Both the position numbers and the translations under genes were made by a program. A stretch of 64,000 nucleotides of DNA from assembly GCA_963848295.1 (NCBI GenBank), contig CAWKDB010000002.1, forward strand, positions 576,001 through 640,000, given 5' to 3'. The stretch comes from an uncultured delta proteobacterium (GTDB lineage: Bacteria > Myxococcota_A > Polyangia > Haliangiales > Haliangiaceae). The notes below the pieces were generated by a model. The model was given only the letters and a program-made list of their open reading frames with translations, searched no databases and was not told the origin of the DNA. The number at the start of each line of letters is the position of its first letter. Within the stretch, counting starts at the first letter, position 1. Below are positions 56,693 to 64,000 of the stretch, one piece after another.

Positions 56693-57712
56693 GTGCGGTT
56701 GGCGCTGATCTCGTGCGGAGTCGCGGTCGCGGCTGGCGCGGTGCTCGCGCAGCCGGCACCGTCCGCCGACAAGCCCGCCGACAAAGCAGCCGACAAGCCG
56801 GCCGAGCCCCCGCCACCACCGGTGCTGACGCCGCTCGGCGAGGCGGTGAATCCGGCGCTCGATCCGAAGAACCTGATGACGCTCACCGACGACCCGATCT
56901 TCGGCAAGGCGCCGCGGATCAACGGCGACGAGATGCCCGGCGTCGTCGCGTTCACGTTCGACGACGGCCCGAACCCCGCGACATCGCCGGCGGTGATCGA
57001 CGCGCTCGTCAAGTACGACGTGCCCGCAACGTTCTTCATCGTCACCCAGCGGATCGTCGGCAAGCACGGCCAGGCGTCGCGCGAGGTGCTCGCGCGCGAG
57101 CTCGCGTCGGGGTTCACGGTCGGCAGTCACTCGGTGACGCATCCGAACCTGCGCGACGCGGTCGGCGAGCAACTCGACAAGGAGATCAACGGCTCGATCC
57201 GCACGCTCGCGACCACGGTCAATCATCCGATCGGGCTGTTTCGCCCGCCGTACGGTGCGCTGTCTGGCGCCGGGCGCGTGCGGCTCAAGAAGCTCGGCGT
57301 CACCGAGGTGATCTGGTCGATCGACACGCTCGACTGGCGCGCGCACGACCCCGACAAGCTGCGCAAGAAGGTCGGCATGATGATCTGGAAGCAACACGGC
57401 GGGGTGGTGCTGATGCACGACGTCAAGCCGATCACCGCGAAGGTGATCGATGGCGTGCTCGACGACCTCGAAGCCGCGAACTGCCAGGCGCTCGCCGAGG
57501 GCAAGGAGCCGATCGTGCCGGTGTCGCTGCACTACTTCTTGCGCGACGGCAAGCTGCCGCGCGACGTGCCCGATGCGGTGAAGGCGCGAACCGCGGACTA
57601 CAGGGCGAAGCTCCCGAAGCGGTGCGAAGCGAGACCGAAGCTCGAGCCACCGACGCCGGGCGCTGACCAGGTGCCTTGCCTCGATAACCCGCTCGCGAAG
57701 GGCTGCCGCTAG
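56693..57712 (+). CDS. Exported polysaccharide deacetylase (NodB-like)
   Basis: FTFDDGP, HSVTH, FRPPYG, DTLDW, VLMHD. Confidence 0.93.
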   Translation: MRLALISCGVAVAAGAVLAQPAPSADKPADKAADKPAEPPPPPVLTPLGEAVNPALDPKNLMTLTDDPIFGKAPRINGDEMPGVVAFTFDDGPNPATSPAVIDALVKYDVPATFFIVTQRIVGKHGQASREVLARELASGFTVGSHSVTHPNLRDAVGEQLDKEINGSIRTLATTVNHPIGLFRPPYGALSGAGRVRLKKLGVTEVIWSIDTLDWRAHDPDKLRKKVGMMIWKQHGGVVLMHDVKPITAKVIDGVLDDLEAANCQALAEGKEPIVPVSLHYFLRDGKLPRDVPDAVKARTADYRAKLPKRCEARPKLEPPTPGADQVPCLDNPLAKGCR

Positions 57713-58377
57713 CAAACTGGCTTGACCCTCGCGTCGGCGAACTGCTCGTGCGGTCCGATCTCGACGAACGCCCAGACGTACTCGGACGCGTCCATCGACT
57801 CGGTCTGCCAGAACATCACGCGAAACCGCGCGTTCGCGGTGCCCCACGTCGCGGTCACGACGTTGACCGCGCGCGCACAGCTCGGCTCGGCGACGACGAA
57901 GCGATCGGCGCGCGGGTCATCGCGACGCGTCACGCCGCGGGTGATCGCCGGCTTGCCGTAACGGCGAGACAGCTCGGCGATCAGGCCATCGGCGGCCTTG
58001 ACGCACGCCGCGAACTGGTCGCGACCGAACCCCATCTGACACGAATGGTCGGCGGTCCACACTTCGCGATGGTCCGCATCCTCGATCGAGGCATCGGGCT
58101 GGAACACGTAGCCGGCGAGCCGGCCGTTGTCGAACTCGAAGCTCCACACGCCGTCGATCGCGTGAACGACCTCGCGGCGATCCCATCGCCGGATCGTGGG
58201 ATCGTCCGGATCGGCGACGACCGCTTGCGGCGTGAGCCCGGGGTGGACCGCGACGAGCTCGGCGATCGTCATGCCGGGGTGAACCACCGCTGGCATCTCG
58301 ATCACGGTGGGATGGCGAACCGGCGCGGCGCTCGCCACCGAGCTCGCGGTCAGGGCAACGATGACGAGCGCTCGCAT
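57709..58377 (-). CDS. Exported hypothetical protein
   Basis: Signal peptide MRALVIVALTASSVASA. Confidence 0.65.
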   Translation of the reverse strand: MRALVIVALTASSVASAAPVRHPTVIEMPAVVHPGMTIAELVAVHPGLTPQAVVADPDDPTIRRWDRREVVHAIDGVWSFEFDNGRLAGYVFQPDASIEDADHREVWTADHSCQMGFGRDQFAACVKAADGLIAELSRRYGKPAITRGVTRRDDPRADRFVVAEPSCARAVNVVTATWGTANARFRVMFWQTESMDASEYVWAFVEIGPHEQFADARVKPVC

Positions 58378-58470
58378 GTCATGTAGCGGACGCGGCGAGC
58401 AATCGGATGGTCGCAGGCGCGGCTGCAACCGCTGTAGTCCGGCTTGCAGATCACCGGGAGCTGAGGAAAC

Positions 58471-58510
58471 TTCGATGTGAGTTGACAACTACATCGAACC
58501 ACACTAGGGT
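58471..58510 (+). promoter_or_regulatory. Sigma70-type promoter overlapped by a palindrome
   Basis: TTGACA(58482)-17-TAGGGT(58505); TTCGATGT-G-AGTT-GAC-AACT-ACATCGAA. Confidence 0.65.
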
Positions 58511-58556
58511 CCGCGCACTTACCAGGGTTGGCACTCGGGAGAAGCGTGGAAATCTC

Positions 58557-61333
58557 ATGGAACAATCGACTGTTATGTCCAAACTGGACGCGGATTGGCT
58601 GATCATGCCGCCGCTAACCTGGGACAGCCAATCGCCCACTCCGGACGTTTCGACCGAGCAGACCCCTTTGTTCGAGTCGAGCGAGTTCGAAGGCGACGGT
58701 ACCATCGTCACGAGCGCCGCGTACGTCTTGAAGCCGGCCTTCACGGGGCGGGTCGCCTCCCTGACCAAGCTCGCGACGCTCGCCTCGCACGCGTTCGAGC
58801 ACCGCGAGATCGCGTTCGCCGTCATCATCGGCGACAGCGGCCTCGGCAAGAGCCGGATCGTGGCCGAGCTGGTCGCGCGGATGCGCACCGCGCGCCCGAA
58901 CCTGGCGGTGATCAGCGGCGCGAGCGACGACGGCTTGTCGTACGGCCCGATCGCGCGCGCGCTCGCCACCCACATGGGGATCCCGCTCGGCGAGGACGCC
59001 GCGACGACGCGCGACAAGATCCAAGCCGCGGTCGCCGAGGTCGTGACCGCCTCGAAGGTCCCCGAGGTCGCGCACCTGCTCGCGCACATCATGCGCGCGC
59101 CGTTCGACGACAGTCCGGTCGTGGCGCCGCTGCTCGAGTCGCCGCAGCGGCTCGAAGCGCGCGTGTTCATGGCGGTCCGCCGCTACGTGCTCGCGATCGC
59201 CGAGCGAGCGCCGGTGATGTTCGTGATCGAGAACCTCGATCAGTGCGGCAGCGAGACGATCAACCTGCTGCAGTACCTCGCCGCTGGCCTGCGCGAGCAA
59301 CCGGTCGCCTTGATCGCGACCGCATCGCCCGGCCTGTTCGAGCGCCACGCCGCGTTCGGCGACGGCGAGGTCGCCCCGACGAGGATCGAGCTGCCGGCGC
59401 TGACGCCGAACGAATCGGAAGAGCTGCTGCGCGAGCTGTGCAAGCAACTGCCGCAGGTGCCGGCGCGGGTCGTCGCCCACGTCCGCGCGCTGCTCGACTC
59501 GCCGCGCTCGATCCACGAGCTCGTTCGCCTGCTGCTCGAGAGCGACGTGATCGTCCGAGAAGGCGTGATGTGGCGGATCGAAGAGTCCAAGCTCGCCGGG
59601 CTCGCGCTGCCCAAGACGTACGCCGATCTCGTCGCCGAGCGGCTGCGCGTCATGGAGCCGACCGAGCGCCGCGTCGTCGAGATGGCGGCGGTGATCGGCG
59701 AGACGTCGTGGCTCGACGCGATCCTGTCGCTCGACCGCTCCGGCCAGCGCACCGACGATCCCGATGGCCCGACGCTCGCGCAGATCGCGTCGTCCGGCGA
59801 CCACGGCCGGATCGCGGTCGTCGCGGCGATCGGCAAGCTGATCGAGCGCGGCATGCTCGTCGAGGTCACGCAGTCGACGATCGCCGGCGAGCGCGAGCTC
59901 CAGTTCTCGTATCCCGGGCTGTGGCAGCTGATCTACAAAGGGCTCGACGAGGTGCGGCGGCGCAACTATCACGCGGTCGTCGCGCGCTGGCTCGAGCTCC
60001 ACCCCGAAGGCAAGGCGCCGTCGGCGCAAGAGGAGATCGCGCGTCACCTCGCGCTCGCGGGTGATGCCCGCGAAGCGGCGAGCCGTTATCAGCGCGCCGC
60101 CGAAGCGGCGAAAGAGCAGTACGCGAACGAGCGCGCGATTCGCCTCTACGACCGCGCGCTCGCGTGCGTCGGCGATAGCGATCTTGCCGCGCGGCTGCAC
60201 ATCTGGCACGACCTCGGCTCGATCTACGAGCTGATCGGCGACTTCGAAGCGGCGCTCGGCGCGTTCGAACGGATGCTGCGGTTGTCGTGGGTCGCGGCGA
60301 GCAAGACCAAGGCCGCGGTCGCGTTCAACAAGATGGGCCGCGTCTGGCGGCGTCAAGCGGCGACTTGAAGCTCGCGCTCGAGTATCTCGAGCGTGGGCTC
60401 GAGCTGTTCCGCGGCGCGGGTGACGGCCGCGGCGTCGCGGGCTCGCTCGACGACATCGGCAAGTCGCTGCACATGCTCGGTCGGCTCGACGAGGCGCACG
60501 CGAAGATCACCGAGGCGCTCGTGCGTCGCGGTAAGGGCGGCGACAAGCGCGCGATCGCGACGTCGCTATCGCGCCTGGGCGACGTGCAGCACGATCGCGG
60601 GCAGTTCGAAGCCGCGTACAACTGTCACAAAGAGGCGCTCGACCTGCGCAAGCAGACCGGCGACCGCTGGGGCCAGATCGTGTCGCAGAACAACCTCGCC
60701 GCGCTCGCGTTCGACCTCGGCGATCTCGCGCAGGCGCGCGCCGGCTGGCTCGCGGCCCTGCCCGATGTCGAGGCGATCGGCGCGCTGCCGTTGAGCGCAC
60801 TCGTGTTGAGCAACCTCGGCGAGCTCGCGCTGGTCGAGGGCAAGCTCGAAGAGGCGCGCAGCCGGCTCGACAACGCGCTCGAGATCATCGAGGACATCGA
60901 GGATCGCGGGCTCGAGACCGAAGTGTGCCGCCACCTCGCCGCGCTCGAGCGGGCCCTGGCCAAGCCGACCGCGGCTCGCGAGCTCGCCGAACGCGCGCTC
61001 GCGGTCGCGCGCAAGGCGGGCCTGCGCGAGAAGGAAGCGCAAGCGCAGCTCGCACTCGGCGACGTGCTGTCGACCAGCATCTACGACACGACCGACGACG
61101 GCGCGGCGAACGATGCCGCGGTCGCGTATCGCTGCGCGGTCGACCTGCTGCGTGCGATCGGCAACGACGCCGCGCTCGGCCGCGCGCTGTTCTCCTACGG
61201 CCGGTTCGCAGCCGAATCGGGCAAGCTCGACGACGCGAAGGACATGCTGCGCCAAGCGCTCGCGACGTTCACGCGGCTCGGGCTCGCCAAGCCCGCCGAG
61301 TCCGCCAAGCAGCTGCTCTCGACGTTGTCGTAA
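58557..61333 (+). CDS. STAND-like AAA ATPase with TPR repeats; frameshifted near 60355
   Basis: FTGR, GDSGLGKSR, FVIENLD, TPR array; ORFs ending 60368 and 61333 join as WRRKGDLKLALEYL. Confidence 0.88.
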
Positions 61334-61374
61334 CGCCCGCCCGGGCTTGCGCCGGACGCATCTAGCCGGCATCG

Positions 61375-62370
61375 TTGAGCGACAGCTCGATGATCTGGTT
61401 TTGGCTCGGGTTCTTCGCGCTGGTCGCGCTGCTGTTGGTCTTCGACCTCGGCGTGCTGAACCGCACCGCGAAAGAGCCCACGCTGCGCAGCGCCGCGCTG
61501 GCGACCGTCGGCTGGGTCGTGCTCGGGCTGTCGTTCGTCGCCGTCGTCTACCCGATGTACGAGAACAACTGGCTCGGCGCGCGCCTCCACGGGGGCCCGC
61601 TCGATCACGCCGACGGCGCCGACGCGTCGATCACGTACGTCTCGGCCTACCTGCTCGAACAGGCGCTCAGCGTCGACAACATCTTCGTGATGTCGCTGTT
61701 GTTCACCACGTTCAAGGTCCCGCTCAAGTACCAGCACCGCGTGCTGTTCTGGGGAATCCTCGGGGCGATCGGATTCCGGCTCGCGATGCTCGGCGGCGGC
61801 GCTTATCTCGCGGCGCGGTTCGATTGGATCTTCTACATCTTCGGCGGCTACCTCGCTTATCAGGGGCTCAAGCTGTTCCGCGATGAGGGCGACGGCGACG
61901 ACGAGGAGCGCGACAAGAGCGTCGTGCTGCGGATCCTGCGCAGGTTCGTGCCGATCGTCGACGGCGACCACGGCGGCAAGTTCACGGTCAAGCTCGACGG
62001 CCGCCGCGCGCTGACCACGATCGCGGTGTGTCTCGTCGTGATCGAGCTGACCGATATCGTGTTCGCGCTCGACTCGATCCCGGCCGTGCTGTCGGTCAGC
62101 CAGGACACGTTCATCATGGTGACGTCGAACGTGTTCGCGATCATGGGCCTGCGCTCGCTCTACTTCGTGCTCGCCGGCGCGATGTCGAAGTTCAAGTATC
62201 TGAAGATCGCGCTCGCGGTGCTGCTCGTCGGCATCGGCGCGAAGATGATCGCGCACAAGTTCTATCCGATCTCGCACACGGTCTCGTTGATCGCGATCGC
62301 CAGCATCCTCGCGGTCGGCGTGCTCGCCTCGGTGATCGCCGCCCGCCGCGCCCCGAAATCCGCAGCGTAA
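61375..62370 (+). CDS. TerC/Alx family membrane transporter
   Basis: LLEQALSVDNIFV, YQHRVLFWG, DIVFALDSIPA, SNVFAIMGLRSLYF. Confidence 0.95.
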   Translation: MSDSSMIWFWLGFFALVALLLVFDLGVLNRTAKEPTLRSAALATVGWVVLGLSFVAVVYPMYENNWLGARLHGGPLDHADGADASITYVSAYLLEQALSVDNIFVMSLLFTTFKVPLKYQHRVLFWGILGAIGFRLAMLGGGAYLAARFDWIFYIFGGYLAYQGLKLFRDEGDGDDEERDKSVVLRILRRFVPIVDGDHGGKFTVKLDGRRALTTIAVCLVVIELTDIVFALDSIPAVLSVSQDTFIMVTSNVFAIMGLRSLYFVLAGAMSKFKYLKIALAVLLVGIGAKMIAHKFYPISHTVSLIAIASILAVGVLASVIAARRAPKSAA

Positions 62371-62374
62371 GCTC

Positions 62375-64000
62375 CTACTCCTGGCACGCGAACGGATCGG
62401 CGCACGCGTCCGAGCCCGTGGTCGCCGGACGCGAGTCGAGCGTGGTCCCGGCCGCGCGGCACGCGGTGATCACGGCGTTGCGGTGCCGGCGCACCAACGC
62501 GAGCCACTTGTGGGCGCGCCCGGAGTCGTGGGTGCGACACGCGGCGAGCACGCACGTTCCCGCTTGGGTCGCGACCAGGTTCGCGTCGGCGCGACACAGC
62601 GCGATCGCATCGGCGAACCGATTGTTCTGCATCGCGCTCGCCAGATCGGCTGACGGGTCCGCCGCCGGCGGACTCGGACGTGGCGTCGGGTGCGGACGCG
62701 GGTGCACCACATCGACGGGCTTCGCCGAGCCCGCATGCGCGACCGACGGATCACCAGCGGCGCTGCCGACCGGCTCGGTGACCGCGGCATCTAAATTTAG
62801 CTCGACGCGAGCGACGACCGCAGCGTCGGGCGGCGGTCGCGGCGCAGGCGCCGGCGCGATCGCGACGATCGCGCTGTCGACGGGGGCGCGAGCTTTTCGG
62901 CCGCCGCCGCGCAGCGCGACAAACGCACCGATGCCGACGCCGACCGTGGCGAACGCGACCATGATGATGGTGAACGCGCGCCGGCGGTTGCGAATCCCGA
63001 GCGTCGAACCGGTGTACGCGGCGTTGAACGGCGGAGACGCCGAGATCGGGTGGCGCTGCGAATCCACGAGGCCGGCCGCGGACGGATAGACCGCCGCGCC
63101 GATCGCGGACAGCAACGGTTGCGTCACCGCCGGGCCGCCGGAGGTCACCGGCGCGTACCTCGGACTATCGATCGAACCGCGCCGCCCTTCGGCTCCGCTG
63201 CCGGCCGGGGCCAAGCCCCGGCCCTCGACGACGCCCGCCGCACTCGCGATCTGTTCGATGGGAACCGTGAGCTGGCCCGTCATGCCGAGTCCGTACACGG
63301 TGCTATCGATCTTCACGGTCGGGAACGCCGCCCCGTTCGCGACGGTGCTGGGCATCCCCGAGCCCGGACGACCCCCGACGGTAGGAGCCTGCGCACCTGC
63401 CGCGCTGCCGGATGGCGACGCGGTCCGCTCGACCAGGCCGCCGGCCGCGAGGTCGATGACATGTGCGAGCGCTCGCTCGACCGGATCGAGCCCGACTGCC
63501 GCCGGCAACTCGACCGCCATCGCGGTCAGCGTGTGACCGACCGTGTACGGCCCCGGGCGCTGGAGCTCGACCCACGGCTCGGGCCGTTGCCCGAAAAGCT
63601 CGCGCAGAAACTTCGACATCCCGCTGACCGACATCGACACGCCCGCGCGCACCGCGATGCGATCGATGTCTTCGTGCAGCTCGTCGCCGGTCTGATAGCG
63701 CGCCGCCGGCATCTTCGCGAGCAGCTTGTGGACGAGGTCGTCGAGCTCCGGCGGCACGTCCGGCCGGAAGTTCGTCAGCCGCGGGGCATCGTCGCTGACG
63801 ATCGCGTGCATCGCGTCGAAGTCGCTCGTCCGCCGATACAACCGCGTACCCGAGATCGTTTCCCACAGCACGATGCCGAGCGAGAACAAGTCGCTGCGGC
63901 GATCGACGTCGTTGCCGCGGCACTGCTCCGGCGACAGATAGCTGATCTTGCCTTTGACCGCGCCGGATCGGGTCTCCGCGCTGCGATGCGTTGCTTTCGC
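62375..64000 (-). CDS. Ser/Thr protein kinase with TM helix (5' end outside window)
   Basis: KGKISYLSPEQCRG..DRRSDLFSLGIVLWE read from the window end. Confidence 0.9.
   Translation of the reverse strand, partial: AKATHRSAETRSGAVKGKISYLSPEQCRGNDVDRRSDLFSLGIVLWETISGTRLYRRTSDFDAMHAIVSDDAPRLTNFRPDVPPELDDLVHKLLAKMPAARYQTGDELHEDIDRIAVRAGVSMSVSGMSKFLRELFGQRPEPWVELQRPGPYTVGHTLTAMAVELPAAVGLDPVERALAHVIDLAAGGLVERTASPSGSAAGAQAPTVGGRPGSGMPSTVANGAAFPTVKIDSTVYGLGMTGQLTVPIEQIASAAGVVEGRGLAPAGSGAEGRRGSIDSPRYAPVTSGGPAVTQPLLSAIGAAVYPSAAGLVDSQRHPISASPPFNAAYTGSTLGIRNRRRAFTIIMVAFATVGVGIGAFVALRGGGRKARAPVDSAIVAIAPAPAPRPPPDAAVVARVELNLDAAVTEPVGSAAGDPSVAHAGSAKPVDVVHPRPHPTPRPSPPAADPSADLASAMQNNRFADAIALCRADANLVATQAGTCVLAACRTHDSGRAHKWLALVRRHRNAVITACRAAGTTLDSRPATTGSDACADPFACQE

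Overview
Very GC-rich, gene-dense bacterial DNA with a myxobacterial (Myxococcota-like) profile: four Ser/Thr kinases, FHA and PP2C proteins, a MXAN_5187-like protein, many lipoproteins and sigma54-type promoters. Taxonomy and all family calls are inferred from motifs, with no database search. Housekeeping genes include mutS, lepA, lepB, nadD and a NamZ/DUF1343 gene. About ten genes are split by 1-2 nt indels that look like long-read assembly errors. The most striking feature is at 34.2-36.2 kb: two divergent four-helix-bundle (TIGR02436/Avd-like) genes, each preceded by a homologous 185-195 nt rod-like hairpin with clear compensatory covariation, embedded in CGGCNN hexamer arrays. Also notable are a paired-end REP/MITE-like element (TTGATCAA plus CAGGCAA repeats) in cargo-bearing and empty forms, an operon of two hydrazine-synthase-alpha-like heme lipoproteins, duplicated sigma54-type promoters with identical geometry, and a degenerate FHA-TadA ATPase. 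No rRNA, tRNA, CRISPR array or transposase was seen.
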